Assembly (NCBI GenBank): GCA_012295275.1
Contig: CM022665.1
Span: 33,108,001-33,172,000 of the forward strand
Direction of reading: 5' to 3'
DNA from: Chrysomallon squamiferum
Lineage: Eukaryota; Animalia; Mollusca
DNA length: 64,000 bases
Position numbers and translations under genes: made by a program. Of the stretch, positions 38,091 through 51,526 are shown piece by piece (positions within the stretch are counted from its first letter, which is position 1; each line of letters starts with the position of its first letter). The notes beneath the pieces are model-generated. The model worked only from the letters and a program-made list of their open reading frames with translations. It made no database searches and was not told where the DNA came from.

Positions 38091-41000
38091 TATATTTTCC
38101 AAAATTATGGATTGTTAATGTATTTCCCATAAAGAAAGGTAGTCATGTTAAACAGACTTGGGTGCCACATAACAGCACAACTGAAAACAAAATTATCCTA
38201 GTTTATTTTCAGACACATTCCTTTATTTCTCATTGCCTCATATACTAAGGCATTCAGTGTAGATAGTATTACCGTGCATGAATGCTGTGCTCTATACTGT
38301 TTCATTTAACATGTATTTCAAGTTAACACTATTTTCATTCAGCACTAAGTTAATTTACTTAATACTGTGAAAGAAAGCATAATAAAATTTATTTTCAAAT
38401 TTTCCACTTTGAAAGGAGACGATGAATAATATGGTAAGTGAAATGGCTTTCAAAAGTAGTTCCGACTGTTTTGAACATTTTAAATGAAACACTGGATAAC
38501 ATCAAGTTAAAATTCAAGGCGAATCTATAAGCGAATAATAATTCTAATGTGGGAATTTTAAATGGATTTTGTTTCCTTCTAATATTATATTAGTAATTAA
38601 ATGTTATAAAGAATATTTGTATTTGATTAACATGAATTCATTTAACACAGTTTTTGTTTTTGTATTTGTTGAGCATTATCTGCATAAGTTTATGGCTGCT
38701 GTAATTCATTGTTAAATAAACCTGCTAGTAGGTACTCAAAAGTGATTTTCTGTTTGAGAAATAAAAGGTTGGCTTCTAACTGTAGATTTTTTAATCATGA
38801 TTTCTATGATAAAAAAATAAACATGTCAGTCAAACAGTTCCAAAATTATGAAGATTTTAATATTTTATTTTTTGGTGCTGTTTGCACACAACTGCCATTT
38901 TGAGGAAATCTTGATTTTTAAGGGTCTGTTCTGTAGTGAGATTGTACCTGATAGTTTATTTCATAAAATGTCGTACTATATGTTGCAAATATATTCACAT
39001 TGATAGGTGATGCCAAAGTTGGTAAAATCATTCATTTGCACTAGACCATTCACATGGTAGATTCCACTTCTACTTGTACTACATAGTTTTTATATCAAAT
39101 TAATCAAAATGAAAAGATCTAGATGATGAATTACATATGTTCTGAGTAAACTGTTATGTAATTGTTAGTTATATATGTAGTATATTTTGAACCAACTTTC
39201 AAACATAACAAGCTTAATTTTTCCCACTGACACTAATTAAACACACTTCAGTTCCAATATTTATTTCCAAGGCATAGCCACAACCAAAGAAAAATCAAAT
39301 TGAAAAAGTAAATATCACTGAATAAACTATCACAGACAAGGTTATTTTTTTATCGCAATAGTCAAGAAGCTAAGTCATTTGCCCCTAGATATTTTGCTTT
39401 TTTTGGCATCAGAAATAAATTGCTCAAAACCTTCATAGATTTTGTGCAGAAGGCTTCCTCATAACAATCTACAACCAATATTTTGCTGAGAAGTGGTATG
39501 CTTAAATAGTTTTGATGATTTATTAACTAAGGTAGAGGCACAGAAAGTCAGTTGTATGTAACCAGCTCCAATATCATTTCAACCCAGACTTAATCACTTA
39601 AATCATAATTTTATGCACTAAATCAACATCTTATGAAAAGAATTATAATTTTAATCACCAACAAGAACCTTCAACAGAAACCAGGTGGTTCTGGTTGAGG
39701 GAAAGCAGCTTCAGCAAAGATGACTTATCGCATAGTTGAGCAGAAAACAAACTCTTATAATGTCTTTCTCAGGCAAAACATTAGGTTGTGTTGTTGCATT
39801 AAGCTTCAATTACATTGCTTTTTAAGAGATGAAACATTGATATTTCCAGTGTTATACTTTTAAATGGGTTTGTTATCTGTAAATGGTAAACAGACATTAC
39901 CAAAAATTTTATCAAGCTTTTTGTACTGCTTTAACAGTTTAAGGAAGCAAAAATATTTATATTAGAGACATAGAAGTGAAGAAAAATAACTTGTGGTTGG
40001 TCGAGACTTTTTGTAGGACGAAAGCTCATGAAGCTGACCCCATGAGTAAAAATACAGACACTTTGCAGTACCTACTATTAATATTTAACTTGTGACTATT
40101 CATTACATGCAGAACTATTTAATTAAAAACTGTGTAAACATGTTTTCTTATTTCTGGAAAGAATATGGATTCATGGATTCAGAGAACAGATTCTCAGAAA
40201 TGAGTCCACTGAGAAAAACTGACTCTCTATCACTAGAACTGTAAAACAAAGTATTTATGTTATTTGTGGCTTAAATTAATAAATATTAAAAAAGAAAAAT
40301 ACTAGCTGCAGTGTTACACGCTATTTGTAATTAAATTATATGAAAATCATAACTAACAGAAGTATATATATAATATTTCAAATGTATCTGTCTTAAGGTA
40401 TCAAATATTAAATAACGTGTGGTAATATAAAAATGTAAAAGTAAGATGACAAAAATAAATTAAAAATACTTGTTATGCATCCACCATATCAAATTTCCAG
40501 GTAGGATTGGATGTTTTTACTTTTATTTTGTATGTAGAATGGTGATGTGCAGGAATAAGACATCAAGATAACATGGCTTCCTAAGTCAGTGTTGGTAAAC
40601 TTGGTTTATTTAACATGTTTGACAAATGTAAGTTGGTTTATACAGTTTTATATAACCTTTTTTCTTATCTCAGTTAGTGATAAAACAAAAAAAAAATATT
40701 ACAAAATTACTAACAAAAACCTTTTCCACAATTCGGTGGACTTAAAATATACAATTACAAAAATTTGGTAGGTCAGAATCATTTTTCAGGTCTTTTTAAT
40801 TTATTTATTTGCGAGTTGACGTTAATCTAATAAAACACTCCTAGTCCTATTGATATTGTTCTATATCTTTCATGGTTGCACTTTGCTTTCATTTGATCAG
40901 TTTGACAATTAAATAAATTATATTTATGACAGTAATAATATAAAATAAATAAAATAAAATAAAATAAAACACTAATAATAATAATATAATTATAAAACAC

Positions 41001-41680
41001 AAAAAGACAAATATTGACGCTGTATTTCCCTGCTTTGGCGAACAACTTTTGTATAATCAACTAATACTACTAATAGTATATAATTTATATTTAATTATTA
41101 ATATAATAATTTTACGTTAGTATCTAAAAGGTGGTAATACAGCTACCGAACTAACGACGTGTACATATATTAACATCAAAAACAATAATGTATTAGATCT
41201 AGCATACAAATCTGCTTATATATTGGCTAAAGAACAAAAAAAACAACCTGATAAATAATATAAACGAACTGAAAAAACAAATTTACCAAAATACCACCTT
41301 CCATCTTTGGACGATACCATTCCTTATCAGAGGATACAGAATGGTTGAACCCATTGTGTTCAAAAACGATCGACTCAGTAAAGCATAAATTTGTTGTACT
41401 AAATGTTGAAATGTAGTTAGTTCTGTTTGACTGTGTGCTGCTATAAAAATAAATGTTTATTTTAATATAAACAAATGGGTCATTCTCACAGAAATGCAGA
41501 CTGGAAACATTTATCCTCTTTCAAATAAATAAATAAATAAATAAATATAATAACTAAATAAAAATAAAAATAATATAATATAATATATAATATATGCATT
41601 GACCAAACATATATGCTATTAATATTATACTGATATAGCTTGAGACGAAAAATTTAATTCGAAAAGTAACTTAAACTTGT

Positions 41681-41687
41681 CACACAC

Positions 41688-41724
<37 letters not shown>
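41681..41724. repeat. (CA)n microsatellite
   Basis: Direct read, one interruption. Confidence 0.95.
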
Positions 41725-41730
<6 letters not shown>

Positions 41731-42029
41731 AAATGATTGACATAGTGTTCTAAGTTACTTTAGTGTTTAATTGCTGGTTTTGATCTTAAAAGATCATTCT
41801 GAAACCGGCTGTTTTAAAAACAACAAATAAATTGTTGTATAAGAACTATTTTGGTTTGATGGCGAAAACGAAATCAATACATCAGAATCTATTATCTAGT
41901 GCTGTTGAGAGCAGCGATCTGAGAAATAAAACAGCTAATTTCATTTGTTGTTGTTGTTTGTTTTGTTTTGTTTTTATTATGATTATTATTATTATTTTGG
42001 GTTGCAGGAGAAGACTGGGATCCATTTAC

Positions 42030-42300
42030 CTGCTACTGAAACGCTACTAAAGCGAAAATAAATTGCGCCATCGAAATTCTCTCCGTCTGAATCCATTGAC
42101 ACGAAACAATACGGACTGGAGAGCGAAACAAAGGCACATTACCTTGAGATAGCTAAGAAAGACAGGGTACTGTTGTAAAAATAGATTATTGTGCAAAAGA
42201 GTTAAAACTGCAGCAAAAATGATCAAATGTGATATTAAAGCTATCAATCAAGCAAAACAATGCTACTAAGAGATGTCTCAAATGGCCGTTAACAAAGCCC
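42030..42300 (-). promoter_or_regulatory. Candidate unc-79 first (non-coding) exon / TSS region
   Basis: Locally CpG-richer segment with minus-strand donors CAG|GTAAAT (42029) and AAG|GTAATG (42142); position inferred, no transcript evidence. Confidence 0.35.
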
Positions 42301-42530
42301 TCCAAATCGGATGTAGGAAAAATGGCACTCGGAAGAATTTGCACTGTGCAGATTTGGAAAAAATGGCACCTTATTTATTTTTTCTATATAGTTGCTTTGA
42401 AAAATATTTAAAAGAACTTTTGAAAATGCAGTATTGTTACATATATATGTAGCATCACTCAGTCACTTGGTTATGCTTAACAAAGTACAGTATTATATCA
42501 GAGTTTAATATATACACACACATACAAATA

Positions 42531-43245
42531 CAGTGGTACCTCGACTTACGAGTGCCTCAACTCACGATTTTACGAGTTACGAGCAGTCGTCCGGTATATT
42601 TTTGCTTTCAGTTGCGAGCAAAAATCCGAGTTACGAGCGAGCTTCAGATACGCTGCCGTTAGTTAGCACAACGAACAACATAACATCCGGCCAGGATCCC
42701 ACGTCTCACTCGTTTATTTCACGTGGTTACCTCGCCGCGGAACCATCTCTGTTGCGTTGTGCTCGCGTTTGTGTAGTATTTTGCCAAATTACTTTTTTAT
42801 GGCCATGGATCCTAAGAATGTGAGTGCAAAGGACAGTGCTGAGAAGAAGAAGCGGATGATGTCCATTGAATTAAAGCTTGAATTCACAGAAAACTATGAG
42901 CGAGCTGTGCATATAGTCAACATGGCCTGGCTGTAATTCTAGGCGTTGTACTTATACGAAATGTACCATACTGACGCAGGAGTCGAGAAAGACTGTAACT
43001 CCGGCCATAGGCGTTAAAATAATTTGTCTGATCTCCAAGATAAATACATTTTACAAAACCAATTTATTTCTTTACATTCTCTTTTATTTTTATACAATAT
43101 TTGTCAGTTATAAATACATTTTTTCTTATTTAAAAACACGTTACAAAACAAAGAAAAAGGGGTTGGTTTTGGGGGGATTAATGGTATTTCAATTAATTTC
43201 AGCTGGGAAAATGATTTGATATACGAGCTCGATCACAGAACGAAT

Positions 43246-43281
<36 letters not shown>

Positions 43282-43412
43282 TATTCATACATATGTATAC
43301 ATATGTATACATACATAATATACGTATGCTTGCACGTGTACATAGACGCACGAGTACGTTCATACATACAGAAACGTTCATACAGATGTATCTGTTAATC
43401 TGCATACCACTG
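42531..43412 (+). mobile_element. Tigger/pogo element, internally deleted
   Basis: TA|CAGTGGTACCTCGACTTACGA left TIR; transposase start at 42805 MDPKNVSAKDSAEKKKRMMSIELK (CENP-B-type HTH) with stop at 42934; right TIR apparently interrupted by TA/CA repeats, ending TACCACTG at 43405-43412. Confidence 0.85.
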
Positions 43413-43487
43413 TTAAAATATCCTCCAAAATGATATCATTCTGTCAATTCAAGCATAGCATAAGATATGTATGTATGTATGTGTTTG

Positions 43488-43513
43488 GTGTGTGTGTGTG
43501 TGTGTGTGTGTGT
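43488..43513. repeat. (GT)n microsatellite
   Basis: Direct read. Confidence 0.95.
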
Positions 43514-44599
43514 GGAGTGTTTTGGTTTACATTTGTTTTGACTGACCTGTCAACAACAGTCAACAACTGTTAAAGCTATATTAGCAGCAGTTTATATTAT
43601 TTCTGACATACATTATCTCAAATATTATTCATGCACTGTTTTTTTAGGTGTTTTTGTCGTTGTTGTTGTTGTTGTTGTTGTTGTTTTTTTATGTGCAATT
43701 ATAAATTGTTTTTGTAAGCAGGACTTCACCTGCCACCAATAACTAAATGTCAATAAGCAATTAAAAAATTTCAGGTGCCCTTTTTTTCCAAATCTGCAGA
43801 GTGCCATTTTTTTAGGTGCTATTTTTTCATCAATACATATGTAACATAAAGTTAAAAATTAATTACAACAAATGATCATTGCTGCATCCACATCATTATG
43901 AAACTTGATGATAATCTTTAATGTACAGTGTTTGTCGCAAACATCAAATTATTGCATGCATTTGCATTTCTTAAAAACAGCATATAACTTTCTTTTGAAA
44001 TATGCCCTAAATAGGTTTTTAATTAAAATAGTATAATGTAAATAATTTCTTTAATTTATAGTTATTATAGTTCAAATTCATGCAGTTACAGCCTTGCCTT
44101 TATCAAAACAGTTTTCAGAGTCTCTTCTTGGCCTTCTAAAAAAGGTGCCATACGGAGTATTCAAGTTTGTAAATTCTGATGATTTTTTTCAAACACTAAT
44201 AGTGATACAAATGCGAGAAAAGTTTTAATACGTTGATATATTCTACATGCTTTAACGTTCATTGATGTTGCAATGCTTTTACACAATCTTTCTAAAGATA
44301 AATTTGTCGGAATTCCTGTACATAACTACACTATGTACAGTGTCCATTCCAAGAAAGAGTATCCTGAATTATTTTTGCATATTGTATGTATTTGAAAGAA
44401 GTAAGCAGCTTATACAAAATAATGGTCTATAGTAAATATTTTTTATTTATTTATTATTATCATTTGATATATATATAGGCTATATAATACTATTTTAAAT
44501 AATGTTGTGAATAAAATAAAGTTTGTATATGCAAAACAAACCCGAAAACTAAGATATAACTATTTCTGCTGCTCGGGAAAAGGTTTTCTCAAAATGCAT

Positions 44600-44836
44600 T
44601 CGCATTCCTAATTACGTAAATATTACGTAATTTTTATATAGCTGTGTTTATAATCAAAATAAACCATAACGTTGTGGTTACGTTGTGATTACGTATTGTA
44701 TTAGCCGGGAACGCGGTTAATATTTGACACAGAATAATTTATTATAGTTTCAAATTCACGATAACCGACGTAAAATTCGGAAATACTGACAGTAACAAAA
44801 CCATAATTATCGAGAATAGGCAAAAATTATCAAACT
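44600..44836 (+). promoter_or_regulatory. Candidate UBXN11 promoter and first non-coding exon, with TTACGTAA sites
   Basis: CpG-enriched; TTACGTAA at 44612 and 44623; strong donor GTAAGT at 44837; acceptor precedes the ATG exon. Confidence 0.5.
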
Positions 44837-45459
44837 GTAAGTAAGTAAATAAATTTAATCAGTTAAAATATTAATGGATTTTGTAATGTTCATTTTAGTC
44901 GTTTGTTAAATATTAATTTTAAAATCTATAATAACTGTTATGCAACTTTGTAAACGCTAAAATTTATCTTAATTATTTTAACCTGTTAGGCATAATTTTA
45001 CAGCTTATTCATGTAATTCGGATGTTATTGATGCTCGTTGTCGGTTAATGTCGCTCGTTGTCGGGTTTTGTCGGTAACTAATAGTTCCGAAATAAGTTTA
45101 TTCAATGGCGTCTTTGGATATAACAGAAAATATTTTTTAAATAACAAACAGTTAACTATTGTATGTGTTATTCAGATATTAATATGATTTAGTTTCGTAC
45201 AAGTGACTTACACGTATCCTAGATCACCTGCTACTGTTTTTATTTATATATCATTTTTTGTTTTCAGACGAGACGCACATTATTTTAAGAAAGTAAAAGA
45301 AATAATATACTGTTGATATAGTATTAATAATCAGTTACATAAAACATATTACCGTAGATACTTGTTAGCTAATCATATTTCATCGATATAATTTAACGAT
45401 CCATGTTTAAATACATAACTTGCCTATATTTTTTAAAGAGTGTTATTTGATTAAATATA

Positions 45460-45710
45460 ATGAGTTCACCACTGTCCAGTTTGAAGAAGACACACAAATT
45501 ACCATTATCTGGGTAAGTGGTTGTTATGGATTAACTTTAAGGAAATATCTAATTAAAAAATAAAAATGTCATCTGTGGCATTTATTTAAGAAAACCAATA
45601 TTTTACATTTCATTTTAATTATATATCTGTAATAGTATTTTGTAAATAGTTATATGTTTGTGTGATTAAGTTTGAAAGCAGGAAAGAAGAAAATAAAATA
45701 AAATAACAAC

Positions 45711-45747
<37 letters not shown>

Positions 45748-48700
45748 TTAATTTAATAAAATAAATTAATAAAATAAATTAATAAATAACAAGAAAAAGA
45801 GAAATGGAAAAACACAAATGTTAAATATATTTTTCAACTGGGTTGGAAAAAAAGCGTGTAGAATATTTTCAAAAGGTGGCATTTGAGGACACGATGCATA
45901 TACCTATTCTGAAAGGTGAACAAAATGGCACATACATAGCTGAATCAAATTATGTATAAAAATTTATAAATAATGCTTTTGAATTTTTGTTCCAACCCAT
46001 GTTTTAATCTTGGTTAAAGATGTATATGTGTATATATATATTTTTTTTTTTAAAGCAATAATAACTTTTATAATGTATCTAAAATATTAAAAAAAAAAAA
46101 ACACTAAAAAAAAACTCTGCAAATATTTGTGCTATGATACATGACTATTCCTGAAATTTTGGATGGAGTCGTGCAAAATATATATATATATATATATTGT
46201 GCATATATATATATATGCCTAACCAAGACCTTATAAGAACTGAAATATTTGTCATTAATATGTTAAATTAAGAAAACTTTCTTTATTTCCATTTCTTTTT
46301 CCCTAGTAAAAAATGTTACCTTAATTATTTTTCTGTTTACCATTAATGTTATACAGCTTTAAACAGTATTACTTAGAAGAACATTAATTGTTAATATAAT
46401 TATAGGTATGTATGATTGTATGTTTTCAGACACAGACCTATTCCATTCAGAGACCCACATTATACAGGTATTTTAAATTTCCTTGCAATATTTTTATCAA
46501 GTAAGTAAGTGTGTTTATTGTGATTGTTTCTGAGGCATTAATTTAGTAACCTTATATCATTGATCTGTATTGTGTGTGTGTATATATATTTATTTACTTT
46601 GTAGATGATGAAAACAAACTTCTTGATGAAATCACAACAGATATGGCTACAAAACATGTCAAGGAACGGAATCCATTTCTTGGTGGTCTGCCTAAACAAA
46701 CACTTTTGTCAGCTAATGCATCAGGAAGTACAGGTTATATATATTGTGGACTTTTTCAAATCATGACACTAGCATGGAAATTTGCAAGGATGTTCTCTGT
46801 GCATCATTTTTAAAACAAAAATGTTCTTTTCATTTTAAATTTCAGTTGGTTTCAGAATTCATTAAAGTATATAATATGAACCCAAAACCTATTTAATCTC
46901 ATAAATGTATCAAAAGTTAAGAGTTCTGTAGTGGAGGATGTTCTGGAATGTAGAAGGATCTTATCAGTGCTACTGCTTTCAATATGTTAAAATCAGATGA
47001 AATGTTATGAAAATACCTTTAAAATTATTGTCTGTATCAGAGTATTTTTCATTTATATTATAAATGTAATTTTTTCAGAAAATTTATTCTGTTCTAAAAG
47101 TTGTTTTCATTCTATATAATGATAATAACATATGACACCTTTCTTCTTTGTTTAAAAATTACTTAAAAAAGTAAATTTATTAATAATAATAAAAAATAAA
47201 AAAATAGTTACTGCTATTGTGCAGTTTACAATATTTGTTTTCCCTTCATATTTCTGATATTGTTTTTTAGTACCATCAGACAGTGAATTGATGAGTTTGA
47301 TGATCAACCGAGTATCACTGCTGGAACAAAGAGTTCAGTATCAGAACAGAGAAATAGCTGAAAAGGTCAGTGATTAGGTTTGTTCATTCATAACCTTTGG
47401 ATTTATATTTTGATTTTATTATTACTTGTATTTCATGTGTTTTTTTTTGTTGTTTTTGTTTTGTTTTTATGATGAACAAATTACGTATTTAACAGTATTT
47501 TGCCATATGTACATGTACATGATATCAGTGTATATTTACCTTGATATATTAATGTTGGCACCTTAATTTTCATGTCTGTTTTCAATATGGATGCCACTGA
47601 CAGGATTTAATGTGTCAGAGTGTAGCAAGCTAGAGTTGCAGACAAAATGTCAATTATCAATATGTCAGTGAATAGAAATGCGAGTGCATACATGTATATA
47701 TGTGTAGGTAGTTTTATCTAAATAGCATTCTGAGCTGGTTAGTCAAAGGAAACCTGGTATATATACATTTGCTACTTATTTTGAGAAATATACATTTTCA
47801 TCTACCTATCACTTCAGAAGTGAAAATTTGGACCACTGAGGCAACATCTAGCAAACTGTCATTCTTTCTAATGAGATACATCTGTGTCACATTTGATTCT
47901 TTGACCTTTTTGCCTTGATTGGTAGGATCAGTGATGACACATGTAGATAAATATTTGTCATTTAAATACTACTTTATTACTTGTGTAGTTAGCTAACTCA
48001 TTCATTAGAAGACTCGGACCACTTTTTATATTCATGCTAAGAGTGTTACTATCTTTTATTCCAGTTAGCATTATTTTTAAAAATTATTGCTACGTTTTGA
48101 TGAACAGTATCTTCTTTTTGTAATGGTTTCTTGTAATTATCTCTATTTCATTCATTAGCAGATGAAATGACACCTTAAAATGCAATAATATGATTTTAAA
48201 TACTTTAAAAATATGTCGAAAGTTCAAATGTAAAAATGAATAAATAAATACAAATTTAATTCAGTGAGAGCAAAAATGGAAGATCCATAGCTCTTTAAAT
48301 TACCCTCCCCCCCCCCCAAAAAAAAGTGTTATTCTGCAATACACAGGCACTGAATTCTGTAGCTTCAGGCATGTGGAAATCTAAAAATAGACATGCTGCA
48401 ATTTTTACAAGTGCTATTGGGAATTTGATTAAATGGGAATAAGCCCCTTAATTTGTGCCCATGCACTTCAAAATATTTTCCATTTATTTATGGGTTTGTT
48501 TTCATTTTTTGTTGCAAAATTTGTAATATAATCCAGTGTAATATTTAATGTGAACAAATAAATGAGAAATAAAAATGACACTAAAATACTCTTCTGCTTC
48601 TGATACTGCCATCATTATCCATGTCCCTCAACAAATATTTTCAAATAAAATTTATAGATACATTTCTAAGCCCCTGCTTTCCTTAGTGGGTAAAAATAGA

Positions 48701-51493
48701 TCAGCTGAACAAGAATCCATAACCTCATAAGAAATATGTACCACTTTATTGTCTTCATTTTAACCATCATAATAAAAATAATTTTAAAAATTAGACTTGG
48801 TTACTTCTATATATGTTTTATGAACCTTATGTGAAATTTTTCCACAGGACAAGATGATAAAGATCCTGGAAGATAAAGTGCAAATTTTACAAAAAGCTCA
48901 AGGTATTTTAAATAGAAAATAATATATTGTGTATTTAGTTAATATCTGTTCTTCCTGTTGGTTTGCTGTTACTGAATAATTTAATTTTTTTTTTTATTTA
49001 CTTATTTAATTTTTAAAATTTATTTTATCTTTGTGTGTTGTTGTTGTTGTTGAAAAAATATTAATATATAACAATTATCTTGCTGCACACTTATTTAAAA
49101 AAAATGTATATAACCTAATCTTACTTTACACATAGCATAAGCCAGATAGACAGTGTGAAACTGTTTATACATGAAGAGTACCAGTAGTTTTTTGATCATA
49201 CTGCTGTCAGTGGCAAATATTCAAATTACATTCTTATAATTTAACATAAATATGTGATATTAAGTTAGTTCTTAGATAATTAACATAGAAATCTGTATTT
49301 CTGGGGGGTTTTCAATCATGAGGAATTTATATTTAGAAATAAACATACTCAGAGTTTTACTTTAGAAAACTGAATTTTACCACGTATAATCAAAAAACGT
49401 TTGAAACTTAATTTGTTTCCAAGTCCAATGATTTGTTTGAAACGCATTTTTACAAACAGAAATTCCTGGAAGATTTACATAGTTAACCAAAAAGGTAAAT
49501 TAATTGAAATAAATGTTTCAGCTAGCAGCTCCTCAAGTAGAACTAATGAGTTGGAAAAAAAGTGTTTGCAACTACAACAACAGGTGTATGAAATGGAGGT
49601 GAGTATATGAACTGCAATCCATATATCTTGACTAATTGATAATAATCCGTGTATCAGTACTTTCCACAGTGGTGTGCAAAGGGGGGGGGCATCCAATCAG
49701 AGAAGAGAACTTAATAAATTTCGTTGATTTATATTTAAATCAAATGAAGTGTTTTTTCTTTGTATTTCATCTGTGTTTACATATTCAAAATATCTTCCTT
49801 TCTCATAATATTTCTCAGTACTAAGCCTCATGCTTGAGTTTTGGGGCATACAATCAAGGAGTTGGCCCTGGGCATCATCAGACCTCTGTTACTACTGACC
49901 TTCCAGAAACTAAATAACTAAATTAAGCTGTAACTGAAAAAATACATTTTGTCTTAGACTTTTTTTTTTTTTTGTTTTTTTTTTTGTTTTTTTTGTTCTT
50001 TTTTTTTGTTCTTTTTTAAACAGTAATTATTCAGTGGATTATAACATTTTCAGACTGTGGGTGTGAACAACTTCTGTAGATTATTGAAGAGCAGTAGATA
50101 GGGACATTAATGTATTGTTTATAAATAAAAAAAATGTGGGTATCACAGAATACTTTATGAAGAAATAACCTATTCAGAATACCTTCAGAAACTTGGTTAT
50201 TACTTGAACAATCTAAAATGCAGTATATATTATTAGTTTTGATAATCAATAGCTGTATTATATGACTGTTAAAGAAAATTAAGTTATTAATCAAAGAATG
50301 ATGTGACAGAATTATCTGCTAACAAGAATGTTAGTAAATTTAAAGTGCAGTTGCAGAACTTAAATTATGTAAGCATATTTGGTGCTACTCTGGCATGTGT
50401 CATGAAACAACTTTGGCGTGTGATCAACAACTTAAAGGGCAATCTACAGCAAAACAAATATCTAGGAAATTTGTATAAGATAAGAGCATGATGAAAAAGG
50501 ATAATTATATTCCTTTAACAGGAAATTTCAGTTTATAGCAGGTAGATAAAGTAATACAACAGATATGACTAGCTTGGATCAGAAATGGATTAAATAGGCA
50601 GACCCTTAAGATGTTGGCTAAAGATTTTATGCGATCAGTAACAAGACAAAGGCACTTGCATTTTTACGAAGACATGGCCTTGTAGCTGATGAAGAAAATG
50701 TACCATGTCATCATTGTGGTTGAGAAATGAAGGAAGTGCAAAGAAAAGGGAAAAACAGTGAAATACTACTTTTTAGCCCATGTTCCTATAAATTATAAAT
50801 ATATAATAAAAGGAAAATTTGTTTCATTTAAGCCATGAAAAATAATAATAAAAAACCAAGAATAAAAAAAATAATAATTAAAATAAGTACATAGGTCATG
50901 CACCAAAGTAGAATTTGCTTGGTGTAGATAACTAGATTGAGTAGATCACATGCCAAAGTAGCACTGAATATTTGGACCATGAAATGTCATTTCTTAATCC
51001 TTATAGTGATCTTTGACTAAAACTAATATGTTTCAGTCCTTTCTTGCTGATTATGGAATGGTTTGGGTAGGGGACAAGACAAAGTCTGATAGTTCTGTCT
51101 ACAACAGTGAAAAACTAAGCTCAAGTCTAGAAGATGAGAATACTGAAATATGGATATCTGGTATAGTTTTTGTTTTTAGCCTATTTATTTATTCATATGG
51201 AATGACCTTTTAGTTATCTTTTTGTTACTATTTTGTATGGTAATAGAAGTTTGATGTATAACATAAATATTCTTTTTTCATTTGTCCATTTTCAAATCCT
51301 GTTTTATTTACTTTGGTGATGTAACACACACACACACACACATACAATTTATTTATAATCTGACCAGTATTATTATATATTTTTGCCAAGGTAAGAAATT
51401 ATCTAATATGTAACCAAGTACATGGTTATTTTTAGAAGTTCTAGTTCACTGAAATATCTGCTAATTATCATAAGGAAATTTCAGTTTAAAAAG

Positions 51494-51526
<33 letters not shown>

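Larger units (their letters stand above)
42310..43832. mobile_element. MULE-like non-autonomous element defined by ~60-bp imperfect TIRs, hosting a nested Tigger
   Basis: 42310-42372 (ggaaaaatggcac...gcagatttggaaaaaatggcacct) is the approximate reverse complement of 43773-43832 (aggtgccctttttttccaaatctgcagagtgccatttt...). Confidence 0.65.

Noticed and set aside
38900-40200. Moderate-complexity region upstream of the unc-79 ATG exon
   Set aside because: Could not be assigned to a gene or TE family from sequence alone
42533-43405. ORFs 42533-42823, 43199-43405 and 43216-43398
   Set aside because: Arise from Tigger non-coding sequence and dinucleotide repeats
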